A stretch of 64,000 nucleotides of DNA, taken from an uncultured Ruficoccus sp. Its GTDB lineage: Bacteria; Verrucomicrobiota; Verrucomicrobiia; Opitutales; Cerasicoccaceae. Below, in pieces: positions 29,501-39,530 of the stretch. The notes beneath the pieces are model-generated. The model had not been told where the DNA came from, did no database searches, and saw only the letters and a list, made by a program, of their open reading frames with translations. The translations under genes and the position numbers were made by a program. Positions within the stretch are counted from its first letter, which is position 1; every line of letters starts with the position of its first letter. The DNA is taken from positions 241,711 through 305,710 of the forward strand of contig OZ223497.1 in the NCBI GenBank assembly GCA_965140785.1, written 5' to 3'.

Positions 29501-30958
29501 GACGAGCTTCCCCAGTCCACGACCTCCTACCCGCCGCACGGCTGGCACTGGAGTAACCGCGGCGGAGTTACTTCGGCCCCGGTTGAGAAGCCGCACATCG
29601 GCGGATGGAAGCCGCTGCTGGAGTGTGATTTCGGAAGTATGTATTCACCGCTCATGACATTGAGATACGGCAGGGGCGAGGTGATTCTATGTCAGCTCGA
29701 TCTGGAAGATCACGCGGAGACAGACCCGGCTGCGGCGATGCTCTGCCAGAGAATGATAGCCGGTACAACGGACCCTGTCCGCGATGTTCAGCAGGGAAAA
29801 ACCTGCTATAGCGGCTCAGCGCGTTGGGATGAGCTTTTGAAAAACATGAGTCTGGTATTCGAGCGTATGGACACTGGCCGTATCCCCCGGGATTGCGGTC
29901 TGTTGATTGTCGGGCCGCAGTCAAAAATCAGCTTGGACAGCGCGTTGGCGTTCGCGTCTTCCGGTGGCAAAGTACTTTCACTTCCCGGTTCGCCCCTGGA
30001 GGGCAACACACGGTGGAACGCGACATACAGCGGAAGCGCGGAGGTTCCCGGCTGGCCGGAATGCGCCGGGCTCTCCCTCAGCGACCTGCATGTCCGGGCA
30101 CTGGTAGAGATGGAGCTTTTTATCGAGAACGATGGGCGCGACATCGAGGTCGCCTCCAATGGCCTGCTGGCCCGCGAAAACGTCGGCAAAGGCGTGATTC
30201 TTTTCAGCCGCTTCGATCCGGATATGTATCAGGCCGACGAGAAAACCTATTTCCGGATTGCACGCTGGCGGAGCTACCGCGTGCTCTCGCAACTGCTCAG
30301 TAATCTCGGTGCAAAATTCCGGGTCGATGAAAAACTTTTTGCCGCGCAGGAGAAGGAAGCGCCCGAGTTGGAATCCCTCACCCTGAGTGGCGAATGGTTG
30401 GCGAAGCAGACGCTCACGCTGCCCAGGGATCGAAACCCGAGCGGTAAAAAGAAAGACCCGGGTGTGAGCGAAGCGGCCATGACGATCGTCAGCAGCGGCC
30501 AGATGCCCGACGGACAAACGGTTGTCCTGCCTGCCTATCAGGAAAGCTTCGGAGCGGAATGGACCAACTTTGACGGCGAAAGCGTTTTTCAAAGGGAGGT
30601 CACCATCCCGGCTGTATGGCAGGGCCAGGACCTGCTGCTTGAGCTCGGGAAAATCGACGACTATGACAATGTATATTTTAACGGGGTCGAAGTCGGTCAT
30701 ACCGGTGAAGAGCAGGAGGCGCCCTGGAGCTACGAACGCTCTTACCTTATTCCCGCGAAGCTCGTGAGCGAGGGTGGCAACGTCCTCATCATACGGGTTT
30801 TTGACAACTACCATAAAGGTGGCGTGCTCGGTAGCAGTGGTGATCTCCAGCTACGGCCAACCTCTGACAATGGAGGACTTTTCGACGGCTGGTATTCATC
30901 GGATTATCGCCGCGATTTCCCCTTGGGAGATGATCCTCACCGCTATTACCGTTGGTAG
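26570..30958 (+). CDS. Large GH2-like glycoside hydrolase with C-terminal jelly-roll domain
   Basis: AAGGAG before ATG 26570; CLNGVWEF, WYRR.I.IP, LWDFLQPNLY, FGFREFWIEG, RLRNHPSILMW, LDPTRPV, VEFG; C-terminal LELGKIDDYDNVYFNG module. Confidence 0.8.
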   Translation: MTERIFRLLIFIALFSSLPIPGMGGPVRLYAGDNNLGDTGAVPPAGEKLYWGHEPVEELSRTRSRRCLNGVWEFIPADNASTPVNGWGYIRVPGAWSTVLKQMPGVVRAGTGRAWEGFSTNNRSASAANVNCAWYRRPITIPEAWRGRRLFVDFDRVCTDAEVFVDGEKAGDIRWPGGVVEITGLVSASEEAMLEVRVVSFLDKTEATEYMGDASNHVFTKQIKLDNRGLTGDVFLISREPGAYIEDVFIQPSTRQKQLKIAFGLEGDDLPAALQVQASCVNSEGVVEKEYSQTLRLVPKAPQELEVVFDWEDPALWDFLQPNLYTLRLRVTGEGVDDEISQVFGFREFWIEGRKFMLNGKEFRLRPRNCIRNYHDREIVSTERMDGAIDSMISLGGNIQEFWPWDHYVRGTTRMLDLWCERADRKGWPVMAPVGSAREFISQWDTAESERSEWLRLTEREIKRLRNHPSILMWIHSPNRLALRYDQNPTILGNRERLTPRQDPDYMNLLHGAEQANEAIRSLDPTRPVTLHHGAAAGDLQTINNYLGWIPLQEQEEWLSRYMASGDIPYLPVEFGWEGHLDTRRGRNGWRGTKDSESLMTEFIASYFGPEAFREEDAKTRLLNPENFKQGQEYKQFYPPLTQLNNEMLYLFAKNVYLSWRTMNAPSAPLYWYLDYFWKKPQRGPKTAPQQVCGPFEPGKRGAYVPELTPFERYYMTEKSMDPTPASAFFKEAFSPVVAWICAPQVSGDIAAFTAKDHHFTAGGHITKAIALLNDTREEQSYGFTWEAFLGEELVASGSGDGQIKASQTLFLPLEFRVPSIDMPRQDGYIELSATIGDQTQTDRFGFRLYRPGPGGQPPLLIFDPLGKSQSMLEKLGYSLKPWKGDPALDTLVIGREAFSSGVELPGSLEDFVRAGGRVIIMQQQPQWLEQAAGFRTGAQVVRRVFPIPGAADMLEGIDREDLRDWSGHSSLLPVVSDELPQSTTSYPPHGWHWSNRGGVTSAPVEKPHIGGWKPLLECDFGSMYSPLMTLRYGRGEVILCQLDLEDHAETDPAAAMLCQRMIAGTTDPVRDVQQGKTCYSGSARWDELLKNMSLVFERMDTGRIPRDCGLLIVGPQSKISLDSALAFASSGGKVLSLPGSPLEGNTRWNATYSGSAEVPGWPECAGLSLSDLHVRALVEMELFIENDGRDIEVASNGLLARENVGKGVILFSRFDPDMYQADEKTYFRIARWRSYRVLSQLLSNLGAKFRVDEKLFAAQEKEAPELESLTLSGEWLAKQTLTLPRDRNPSGKKKDPGVSEAAMTIVSSGQMPDGQTVVLPAYQESFGAEWTNFDGESVFQREVTIPAVWQGQDLLLELGKIDDYDNVYFNGVEVGHTGEEQEAPWSYERSYLIPAKLVSEGGNVLIIRVFDNYHKGGVLGSSGDLQLRPTSDNGGLFDGWYSSDYRRDFPLGDDPHRYYRW

Positions 30959-31138
30959 CCTCATTTCTGGTCACGAGAAATTCATGCTGCCAATAACGGC
31001 ATGGCTTGGCGCCGCAGAGCAGGTTTATGGAGCATCCGGCCTTTGGGCTAATACGGATCGAGGAGCTCACGCCCGTATCGTCGGTAAAAATCACTTCCGG
31101 ACTTGCCATAAGAGATGCTTCTCACACTTTCAGCGGTG

Positions 31139-31759
31139 ATGATAGATGCACTCGAAGCCCTGACCCTCCTGCGTGACGGTAACAAGCGTTTTGCAACCGG
31201 CCTGCGCAGTATTGACACCATGCTGAGCCAGGCTCATAAGCCGGATTTGGTCGGAGGACAGGCTCCGTTTGCTGTCATCCTCGGGTGCTCAGATTCAAGG
31301 GTTCCGGTGGAAATCGTCTTCGATCAAGGGCTTGGGGATCTTTTCGTTATCCGGGTGGCTGGAAATGTGGTCGCCTCTTCCCAAATTGGCAGCGTGGAGT
31401 TTGCGGCGGAAACTTTCGGCACGCGCCTGGTTGTTGTAATGGGGCATAGTAGCTGTGGAGCCATCAGCGCCACCCTGGACGCGATCCGGAATCCGAAGGG
31501 CAAAAGCTCGCCCGGGCTCCTGTCTATCGTCAATCGTATCCGTCCGGCGGTCGAGGAGCTCATCCACGAGGGTGACGACGAGGCAACGCTCAAACATCAT
31601 GCAGTCCGCTCAAATGTCCGGATGGCTGCCCAGATGTTGCGCAGTGGATCAGCGCTTCTTGAGCGCATGATCCTCAACGACGGGCTCCTCATCGTCGGTG
31701 CGGAGTATTCGCTCGAAACCGGTCAGGTTGATTTCTTTGACGGCGTCCCTCCGCAGTGA
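31139..31759 (+). CDS. Beta-class carbonic anhydrase
   Basis: GCSDSRVP, FVIRVAGN, GHSSCGA zinc-ligand motifs (ORF open from 31115). Confidence 0.95.
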   Translation: MIDALEALTLLRDGNKRFATGLRSIDTMLSQAHKPDLVGGQAPFAVILGCSDSRVPVEIVFDQGLGDLFVIRVAGNVVASSQIGSVEFAAETFGTRLVVVMGHSSCGAISATLDAIRNPKGKSSPGLLSIVNRIRPAVEELIHEGDDEATLKHHAVRSNVRMAAQMLRSGSALLERMILNDGLLIVGAEYSLETGQVDFFDGVPPQ

Positions 31760-31962
31760 GATTCCTGAGAAGCGACTGCTATCGCTGAGCATAATCCCGT
31801 GGCCAGCGGCGTTGGGCAGTTTCGAGAACTGGTTTAGTGTCCCGAGTTTGAAGTTCGCGGCCTATTGATTGCGGGCTTACGCAGCCCGCGCCCGCGGCAG
31901 GCATCGCCTGCACTTCCGATGCTTACAGCATCGTCTCTGCGATTGGCGCATGTTGCCTGGAG

Positions 31963-34467
31963 CTAGCTCCGGCTCCAGCGGAACCAGGCTGCCTCGGCGA
32001 TAAAGGCGACTGCCAGCAGTAGAAAGAGCAGTGGGCGCAGGCTTTGTACGCGAGAGATCGACTCTGTCTGCCAGGCATTTTCCAGCAGATTGACGGGCCC
32101 TCCGCCAGAGGTTTCCGCCGCCTCCATGAGCGTTTGCAGCATGGCCGGTGGGGTTGCCCATTCCAGGTTTTGCTGTAAGGAGACTGGACCAAAAGCAAGG
32201 CTGGCCCCCGCCCACTGGACTGCGCCCAGATAGGGCTGGCCGGTTTTGAGATCAAGCCGTGCCTGATAGTGGCCAGGCGAGATACGCTCCCACGTGCCCT
32301 GCTCGCTCCCGGGAGTCTCCAACTGCTGATAAACGATGGACGGTGAACTACCGGGGTGCTCCTCTTCCCACTCATCATTGTAGAACAGGTCAAGTACCAG
32401 GGTGTTGCCGTCGAGCCGCGTTCGCAGGCCCAGGTTGCGATTGGTTGGTTCGCCGACCAGCCAGCGGGTAAGCGTCTGGATGAAGTCGCCATAGTTCGGC
32501 CAACTGCGGATGCTCTCACTATAGGGCCCGCTCAGGGGGCAGGTGATCGCCGCGGTGCGTCCGCTGCCATAGTGCCAGAATGCGATGAGAGGGGCGCGGT
32601 ACTCATCCGTGGTGTTCAAGGCACTACCGGCGCGGGGGCGTAGATAGCTCAGGTTGTAGCCGTCCACCTGGCCGGGCCAAGTCATGACTTGAGGAGAGAT
32701 TTCTGCCCAGTCGGCATTCGCCTGCGTACCGACGGGTTCATCGATAAAAGCCGAGCGCGTAACCGCGACGGTTTCCTGGGCAAAGAACGACGGAATATCC
32801 GCCGGGTCCTGACTGAAGAATATCCGGCCATTTCCGCGGGCGGCTACATCCTTCAGGAAATCAGCGTCTGTGTCTGTGTCCTGGCCGAGCCCGATGACGC
32901 TAATGGTGGCCCCCTCATCTGTCATTGTTTGAAGCAGCTTTTTATACTGACCCGGTTCCTCGGCGTCGGCTGCATCAGCAAAGAGGATCATATGCTTTTG
33001 CCCGGCATCGGCTTTTTTCAATTCCTCCCAGGCGGCCTTCATCCCGGTATAAACGAAAATACCGCCCCCCATGCTGGCGATGCTGCGAATGCGGCGCGAT
33101 ATTTCGGTCTGGTTGCCGGTCACGCCGGTGAGCGGCACGATGGTGTGCGGTTCGCTATCCACCGCGAAAACCGTGACGGCGTCGTGCCCGCCCATCAGAT
33201 TGACGGTATCGGCAGCCCCGGCATTCGCCAAGTCCATCTTGGTTTGTCCGCCCCCGACGTCGGCCGCCATGCTACCCGATCGGTCGAGGACGATCGCCAT
33301 GGCCACGGCCAGCTTCTTGTGGTCCTCTTTTAACTCCATGCTCACCGGCAGAACGTCGTCAATCGGGGACTTGTAGTAACCACCGGATCCAAAGCTGTAC
33401 TTGCCGCCCACCATGGCCAGCCCGCCGCCTTGCTCGGAGACATAGAAGCGCAGCGACTGGAGAAAGTCCTGCGGCAGGACATTGGCCGGGACATTGTTGA
33501 TGACGACCGCATGCGCGCCCATCAGGGAGCCGGCATTGAGAGTGGAAAAATCGTTGACCAGTTGCACCGGCAGGCCGATGAGTTCCAGGGACTGGGCAAC
33601 CGGGTCGTTCGCGTATTGACTTATCAATACAACACGCGGGCCACTCTCCGTTATGACCCAGGTGGCGGCATGGTTGTTGCCGGGGAGGGGGTCGTCCGGG
33701 TCGCTTAACTCCAGCAAATAACGATGGCTGCCGGGGCGAGGCTGGTGGTCGATGAGCCGTAGTTGTGCCTGCCCGTTGACATCGAAGATCAACTCCCGGT
33801 TGGCGATGACCTCCTTATCCCGTACGAGGCGGTAACGGACGACATGGCCGGGCGAACCGCTTGCCTTGATCTCCATCAGGACCGGCTCGCCGGGGTTGAC
33901 ACGAGTGGGCACCCGGAACAGGTCCAGGCGGGTGTCTTGGGTGCGGTCGATGGAGGGGAGGCGATAGGTCAGCGGCATGTCGGCCCTGCGTAGCTGCTCG
34001 CCCATGCTCTCGAGTGATTCCGTGCTATAGCCATCACTGAGCAGGAGTATCTTTCCGGCGCGGTGAGGGTCGCGGTTGGCAAGGGCCATCTGCACGGCCA
34101 GCGGGATGCGTGTGCGGTCGGTAACGGTGACATTGAAGTCGCGGGACTTGCCCGGGCGCACACTCGCCTCCGCGGCGAAATCAACATAGTGAAGGGTATC
34201 GTTATTGCCCTGGCTGGATTCGAGCAGTTGCTGCCATTCTTCCAGATTTGAGCTCAGGATGGGTTGTGCCGAGTCGGAACGGTCCACGAGCACCCAGAGG
34301 TCCAGTCCGGGGCGGTGCTGCTGCATGTACGGGTTGACCAGGATCAGCGTAAGCAGGCTGAGGCAGAGTATCCGCAACGGGCGCCACAGGCGAAGCCCGC
34401 GGTGTATCCAGCCTATGAATACGAAGGCGGGAATCAGCAGTAACCACTCAGGCTGACTGAATCCCAT
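31963..34467 (-). CDS. Membrane-anchored VWA-domain protein with glutamine-amidotransferase-like domain
   Basis: MIDAS-like DRSDS and DRSGSM, LLSDG, GGGLAMVGG..SFG.GGY; N- and C-terminal TM segments; ATG 34467 overlaps the upstream stop. Confidence 0.82.
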   Translation of the reverse strand: MGFSQPEWLLLIPAFVFIGWIHRGLRLWRPLRILCLSLLTLILVNPYMQQHRPGLDLWVLVDRSDSAQPILSSNLEEWQQLLESSQGNNDTLHYVDFAAEASVRPGKSRDFNVTVTDRTRIPLAVQMALANRDPHRAGKILLLSDGYSTESLESMGEQLRRADMPLTYRLPSIDRTQDTRLDLFRVPTRVNPGEPVLMEIKASGSPGHVVRYRLVRDKEVIANRELIFDVNGQAQLRLIDHQPRPGSHRYLLELSDPDDPLPGNNHAATWVITESGPRVVLISQYANDPVAQSLELIGLPVQLVNDFSTLNAGSLMGAHAVVINNVPANVLPQDFLQSLRFYVSEQGGGLAMVGGKYSFGSGGYYKSPIDDVLPVSMELKEDHKKLAVAMAIVLDRSGSMAADVGGGQTKMDLANAGAADTVNLMGGHDAVTVFAVDSEPHTIVPLTGVTGNQTEISRRIRSIASMGGGIFVYTGMKAAWEELKKADAGQKHMILFADAADAEEPGQYKKLLQTMTDEGATISVIGLGQDTDTDADFLKDVAARGNGRIFFSQDPADIPSFFAQETVAVTRSAFIDEPVGTQANADWAEISPQVMTWPGQVDGYNLSYLRPRAGSALNTTDEYRAPLIAFWHYGSGRTAAITCPLSGPYSESIRSWPNYGDFIQTLTRWLVGEPTNRNLGLRTRLDGNTLVLDLFYNDEWEEEHPGSSPSIVYQQLETPGSEQGTWERISPGHYQARLDLKTGQPYLGAVQWAGASLAFGPVSLQQNLEWATPPAMLQTLMEAAETSGGGPVNLLENAWQTESISRVQSLRPLLFLLLAVAFIAEAAWFRWSRS

Positions 34468-36209
34468 TAACGGCCCCTTTCTGCATAATGCCAGCCGGCG
34501 AGCATGATCCCGGCCAGCAGGAGAATCCATCCAGACTCATAGGCGCTTTCCTCACTGTTCATTTCTATGAGGTTGCGCTGCACCTCATCCACATTCGAGT
34601 ACGCCTTGGCGCCGCGAAGGTCAGCCTCGCGGACGTCGGCGAAATGAGAAGAGCCGCGCAGAAGCGTCTCCCCTGCGACCGTTACATTCAGCGGGCCGGG
34701 GCGAGTCGGTGCGGTCAGAATGAGACGGCCGTCTGCATCCACGGTCTCGCCGTTGACCTTAACAGCCTCTGCGTCCGCTGGCAGGCTGACGACGACTCGC
34801 TCGCCCAGCTCGAAGTTGCGCGCCTCGAATCCGCTTTTCTCCTCGCGTAGCTGCTCGACGAAGCGTCCAATCAGCAGCACGGTTGCGGGGAGCTTGAGGG
34901 CGTTACTGTTTCGTAAGGAAAAGTTGAATACGAGGTCACGGCTATTGTTGGTTTCGCGTGTCCATATGAGTGGCGTACGGCCTTGCCACACGAGCGGGGT
35001 TTCTCCGGCACCCAGTTCGTAGGGGAGGGTGCCTCCGTTTATGGTAAGGCTATTCCAGTTGAGTCCCCGATTCAGCGGATGCTCCTCGGCACTGATAATG
35101 CCGTCGGGGATGACCAGCTCTTTCGGGGGCGGAGCAAAAATAATCTGTCTGGGGATGTCGTTCGCAGCGGGTTGGAGCGTGGCGGATTCGGTGATGAGCA
35201 GGTCTGTGCGTCCATTCAGGGTGCCGCGGTAAGTCTCACCGAGGCTTTTCAGGAGATTGCGTAGCGTCTGGGTCTGATCCTCATCTTCGGTGTTGACGAG
35301 ATAAGCGATGCGTTTGGGCTCGGGCCACACCAGCGGCAAACGGTTGTCAAGCGGCCAGCGGTCATCTTCGAGCACGAGGGTGAGCGCCTTTCCTCCAGGA
35401 GGCATGACGCCAGCCAGGGCGAGTGCGCCGTTGGGCGGGACGGTGACGGTACGCGGCTCCGTGGGTTTGCCCTCGATTTCAAGCCACCACTCGCGTTCGA
35501 TTGCGTGATCGCTGTAGTTTCTCACCAGCGTTCGCCATACGGCCTCTCCTGCGTGCATGCCGACTTCCAGGCCCGTAAAGCCCGCATTGTCCAGCGGCTC
35601 CCCGACGCTGAGGATGGCCATCGGGCGTTCGTTTTTGTCCAAGGGGTGGTCCGTGACAAAAATAACCGCGCCCTCGGGGCCGACGAGTGCCCGTGCCAGA
35701 TCCATGGCTTTGGTCCAATCATGGGTTCCGCGTTCGGGTTGCCATCGGTCCATAGCGAGCAAGAGGGCCTTCCGGTCCGCTCCTCGGTACAAAACCGGGG
35801 CGCGCAGGTCGCTTTCCATGAGCAGCCAGTCGGTGTAGGAGGCACTCGTCGCCAACTCCTCGGAGTGCGTGCGCAGGGCTGCCCGCAGGTTCTGCTTAAA
35901 CGCGTCCATTGAGAGCGAGCTGTCGAGCACAAACGCGACTTGCTGTTGGGTTTGCTCGCCGATCCAGCGGGGTTGCAGCAACAGCCAGGTAATGAGCAAC
36001 GCGGCCAGGATTTGCAGCCAGAACGTAATCGAGTGCTTCCAGAAGACGAACTTTCGCCCGCCGGTGCGCTCCGTCGATCCACGCTTCACGAGGAAGAGCG
36101 TACTGATGATGAGCGGTTGGCGCTTACGGTGCAGGCAGTGGATGAGTACCAGGGCCGGGACCATGAGCAGGCCCCACCAGCCGAGCGGGTTGGAGATAAT
36201 CAGTTGCAC
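34467..36209 (-). CDS. BatA-like N-terminal/VWA-domain membrane protein
   Basis: NPLGWWGLLMVPALVLIH..R...IISTLFL double-TM N-terminus; DSSLSM MIDAS; FVTD; C-terminal TM. Confidence 0.82.
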   Translation of the reverse strand: MQLIISNPLGWWGLLMVPALVLIHCLHRKRQPLIISTLFLVKRGSTERTGGRKFVFWKHSITFWLQILAALLITWLLLQPRWIGEQTQQQVAFVLDSSLSMDAFKQNLRAALRTHSEELATSASYTDWLLMESDLRAPVLYRGADRKALLLAMDRWQPERGTHDWTKAMDLARALVGPEGAVIFVTDHPLDKNERPMAILSVGEPLDNAGFTGLEVGMHAGEAVWRTLVRNYSDHAIEREWWLEIEGKPTEPRTVTVPPNGALALAGVMPPGGKALTLVLEDDRWPLDNRLPLVWPEPKRIAYLVNTEDEDQTQTLRNLLKSLGETYRGTLNGRTDLLITESATLQPAANDIPRQIIFAPPPKELVIPDGIISAEEHPLNRGLNWNSLTINGGTLPYELGAGETPLVWQGRTPLIWTRETNNSRDLVFNFSLRNSNALKLPATVLLIGRFVEQLREEKSGFEARNFELGERVVVSLPADAEAVKVNGETVDADGRLILTAPTRPGPLNVTVAGETLLRGSSHFADVREADLRGAKAYSNVDEVQRNLIEMNSEESAYESGWILLLAGIMLAGWHYAERGR

Positions 36210-37102
36210 AGCTCAAGACCTCCCTGGGGGCCGGAGAGGGCCAGTAGCTGCTGCGTGAATTCCGCCTCGGCGCTGATGCGGGAAAAGCACCCGGCGTGAC
36301 GGGCGGTGGCGTCCGCCCAGCGGGCAAAGTGCTCCTCGTAGCGTTGGCGGTAATCGTCGATGTCTTGCTGGGTAAAGTAGCGCCGGACCCGTTTACTCGA
36401 TTCGCAGTCGAGAAGCTCGACATTTCCGAGCCAGCCGGGACTTGTCTCTGCCCCGGAGTAAACGCTCAGCAGAATGACCTGATTGCCTTGGCGGGCCAAG
36501 CTGCTCAATTGGGTCTCCGGGTCCTGCTCGAAGAGAAAGTCCGAGATGATCACGCGCATGGACCGCATGGACCAGGGGACGCGCTGCCAGTTCATGCCGG
36601 GCTCATTGTTCGCGGCTGTTTCGGGCAGGGGCCAATCCCCGGCCCGCAGGCTGTCGATTTCCGGGAGGATGACTTCGCCCCCGGCGGTGAAGATGACTTT
36701 GAGCAAGGCGCCGTTTCGCCATGTGCTGTAGCAGGCGAAGTAGAAAAGCTCCAGAGCGCGGATGGCCTTGGCAGGCTCGACAAACATCGAGTCGGAGAGG
36801 TCGAGTACGAGGTCCACCTGGGGGCGTACCTCCTCGCGGTAGAGCTTCATGGTGTAGTTACCGCTGCGGGCGTAGGCCTGCCAGTTGATGTAGCGGGGGT
36901 CGTCGCCCATGACATAGGGGCGGTGGTCCTGGAAATCAATCGAACTGCCGATGCCGGCCCCGGCCCAGTTGCCGGCCTGGCCGCGCCAGTTCAGGCGGTT
37001 GAAAGGCAGGCGAAACTGCTCGGCGGCAGCCTCGCATCGGGCTTGGAGGGAGCTCAGTTCCTGCCGGACATTCGCCTGTTCCAGTCTTTCCGCGATAGTC
37101 AT
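36200..37102 (-). CDS. DUF58 domain protein
   Basis: G.SIDFQDHRPYVMGDDPRYINWQAYAR, DLSDSM, VIISDF. Confidence 0.92.
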   Translation of the reverse strand: MTIAERLEQANVRQELSSLQARCEAAAEQFRLPFNRLNWRGQAGNWAGAGIGSSIDFQDHRPYVMGDDPRYINWQAYARSGNYTMKLYREEVRPQVDLVLDLSDSMFVEPAKAIRALELFYFACYSTWRNGALLKVIFTAGGEVILPEIDSLRAGDWPLPETAANNEPGMNWQRVPWSMRSMRVIISDFLFEQDPETQLSSLARQGNQVILLSVYSGAETSPGWLGNVELLDCESSKRVRRYFTQQDIDDYRQRYEEHFARWADATARHAGCFSRISAEAEFTQQLLALSGPQGGLELCN

Positions 37103-37107
37103 GGCGG

Positions 37108-38583
37108 TTATTTATAGGCTTCCAGCACGGGCGGCAGCGGAACCTTGGCCTGTTGTTTGCGGACCCGGCGGTTGGAGATCGCTTTACGCTCCATGGCGGT
37201 CACGGTGCGGCTCTGCGGGATGGCCTTGATAAGTATGGCCAGCAGCGCCAGGGCGGTCGTGATGGCACTGGCGATGAGAAACACGGAGCGGTATGGATGG
37301 GCGTCGTAATCACCGATGATGCCCTCGTCCAACATTTCGAGAAACAGTACGGAGGTGGGGCTCCAGCTCGCGGCGAGCGTGGTATGAAGCTTTGTGTTCT
37401 CATCGATCAGGTAGAGCAGGATCATGAGGAGCCCGAGGCAGAGCTGGAAGAGAAGCATGAGCCGTCCATAGCGTTGACGGACCATCGGGGTGTAGAGGAT
37501 AACCGCAAAGGGCACCAGGTAAGCACCGACAACAAGGAAGAGGAGGATGAAGGCTTTGGGAGGAAGCAAACCATCCAATTGCCAGACTACCCCGATGAAT
37601 ATGCCAAGCGTCACCAGGCTGAAGGCGATGGCCGGGAGCCACCCCGGGTAGAAAAGCCGTCCGGCTACACGCCCGAAGATACCCAGCCGTACGAAGGCAT
37701 CATAGACGGGAGGGGAGTCGGAGACCGGGCGGCAGATACCGTCCCAGGCCACGACAAAGAAACTGCCAATAGCGATGACGAAGGGGACGATCATGTCCTC
37801 GTCCAGATAAAGGCCGATGGCGGCCAGGAGGAACATCGTCCACAGGATGATACGCTTGGGCGTGTCGTGGTTTTCCCGAACCGGGCAAATCCGGGAGGCG
37901 GCGAACTCCATCGCCAGCATGACCAGGAGAATCCCGCTGCCCAAGTACCAGGGGATCTGGCGGATGATGTCGTTGACGGTGAGAAACCCCATGAAGGCGG
38001 CGTTCAGGGTTAAGGGCAACAGCCAGAAGCCGCCCATCACAATAATAATCCAGCGTACGATCGCAGAACGGATCACCGAGAGGCACACGGCGACACCCGT
38101 GATAATCGCCGAGGCCGCCAACAGGCAGAGGGCGAAGAGGAGACTCTCGTGGAATTCGACCGAGCCGATGTAGTAGCGCAGGACCAGATAGGGGAGCAGG
38201 GAGGCAACGAGCAGAGCCCCCTGCGCGACAATCGCGAACCATTTGCCATAGACGATGCGCCGGGCGCTCAGCCGGGTCAGGACCAGCAGGTCCAGTCGAG
38301 ACTCGCGGCTCTCCGAGCTGAGCGCGTTTGTGCCCATCAGGGGGAGAACCAGCAGCATAATCAGGCTGACAATTACCCAGAACAGAGCCTCCATCTCGGA
38401 GTTGCGACCGCTGCCCTGACTCATTGCCATGCCGAAAATGAGGTAGAAGAGCATCACGACCTGAACGCCCAGTAAGACGATGGTGTAAAACTTGGAACGC
38501 ATCCCCTGGCGCAGTTCCTTCACGAGGATGGGGTTGATCCAGTTGCCGAACTTCTGTTCGATTGCACGTACGGATATTCTCAT
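37108..38583 (-). CDS. ABC-2-type transporter permease-like membrane protein
   Basis: NPILVKELRQ, E.RESRLDLLVLTRLSARRIVYGK, many TM helices. Confidence 0.82.
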   Translation of the reverse strand: MRISVRAIEQKFGNWINPILVKELRQGMRSKFYTIVLLGVQVVMLFYLIFGMAMSQGSGRNSEMEALFWVIVSLIMLLVLPLMGTNALSSESRESRLDLLVLTRLSARRIVYGKWFAIVAQGALLVASLLPYLVLRYYIGSVEFHESLLFALCLLAASAIITGVAVCLSVIRSAIVRWIIIVMGGFWLLPLTLNAAFMGFLTVNDIIRQIPWYLGSGILLVMLAMEFAASRICPVRENHDTPKRIILWTMFLLAAIGLYLDEDMIVPFVIAIGSFFVVAWDGICRPVSDSPPVYDAFVRLGIFGRVAGRLFYPGWLPAIAFSLVTLGIFIGVVWQLDGLLPPKAFILLFLVVGAYLVPFAVILYTPMVRQRYGRLMLLFQLCLGLLMILLYLIDENTKLHTTLAASWSPTSVLFLEMLDEGIIGDYDAHPYRSVFLIASAITTALALLAILIKAIPQSRTVTAMERKAISNRRVRKQQAKVPLPPVLEAYK

Positions 38584-39530
38584 GACGGCTGGCCTCCCAG
38601 GATTTCGATAAAAGCGTCCTCGAGCCTGCGCTCGACACGGTGGAATTCGTAGATGTCGATACCAGTCGTGAGCATCTCCCGCAGAAGCTCGGCCAGCTGT
38701 GCCTCGATATCGCTTTCGGTGGAATTTTCCACCATGAGCTCGATGTAGCCATTGTCCTCGCCGTGCCGGGCGACGCCGTCACGCGCGCTGAGCCATTGCT
38801 CGAACTTGTGGGTCTCGCCGTGAATGCGCAGACGCACCCGCGTCCGCCCGTCGGCCTTGTGAAAGCGCAGGCTGTCCGAGGTGCCCTGGTGGACCTGCCG
38901 CCCGTTATCGATAAAAAGCAGATGGTCGCACATTTCTCCCAGTTCGGAGAGGATGTGGGAGCTGATGAAGAGGGTCTTGCCGCGGGAGGCGAGGAGCTTG
39001 ACAAGGTTCCTGAACTCGATCCGCGCCTTGGGGTCGAGTCCGGCGGCGGGCTCATCGAGGACGAGCACCTGCGGGTCGGACAGGAGGGCGCGGCTCAGGC
39101 ACAGGCGCTGCGTCTGGCCTTTGGAGAGGCGGTTGCAGGGACGGTCGGCCAGCACGTCCATATCGGTGAAGGCCATGACCTCATCCAGGCGGTTGCTGCG
39201 CTCGCGGCCTTTGAGGCCGAAAGCCCGTCCGTAAAAGTCCAGATACTCCCACACGTCCATATTGGGGTAGCCCCCGAAGTGGTCCGGCATCCAGCCAATC
39301 ATCTGGCGGATCTCCCGGGGGTGGTCGAGGACGTTCATGCCGCCGATCTCGATGGACCCGGAGTCAGGGACATCGAGCGTAACCATCATGCGCATGGTGG
39401 TTGTTTTCCCTGCTCCATTGGCACCGATGAAGCCGACGACCTGACCGGGATCGATTTGAAAGCTCAGGCCATTGACGGCCTGCACCTTGCCGAAAGCGCG
39501 GTAAATATTATCGACCGAGATGATGCTCAT
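38580..39530 (-). CDS. ABC transporter ATP-binding protein
   Basis: Walker A GANGAGKTT, signature LSKGQ, Walker B VLVLDEP, SSHIL. Confidence 0.96.
   Translation of the reverse strand: MSIISVDNIYRAFGKVQAVNGLSFQIDPGQVVGFIGANGAGKTTTMRMMVTLDVPDSGSIEIGGMNVLDHPREIRQMIGWMPDHFGGYPNMDVWEYLDFYGRAFGLKGRERSNRLDEVMAFTDMDVLADRPCNRLSKGQTQRLCLSRALLSDPQVLVLDEPAAGLDPKARIEFRNLVKLLASRGKTLFISSHILSELGEMCDHLLFIDNGRQVHQGTSDSLRFHKADGRTRVRLRIHGETHKFEQWLSARDGVARHGEDNGYIELMVENSTESDIEAQLAELLREMLTTGIDIYEFHRVERRLEDAFIEILGGQPS

Noticed and set aside
31871..31933. Three short consecutive hairpins as an ncRNA
   Set aside because: Short GC stems between convergent genes, better explained by termination or chance; no known RNA motif recognised.
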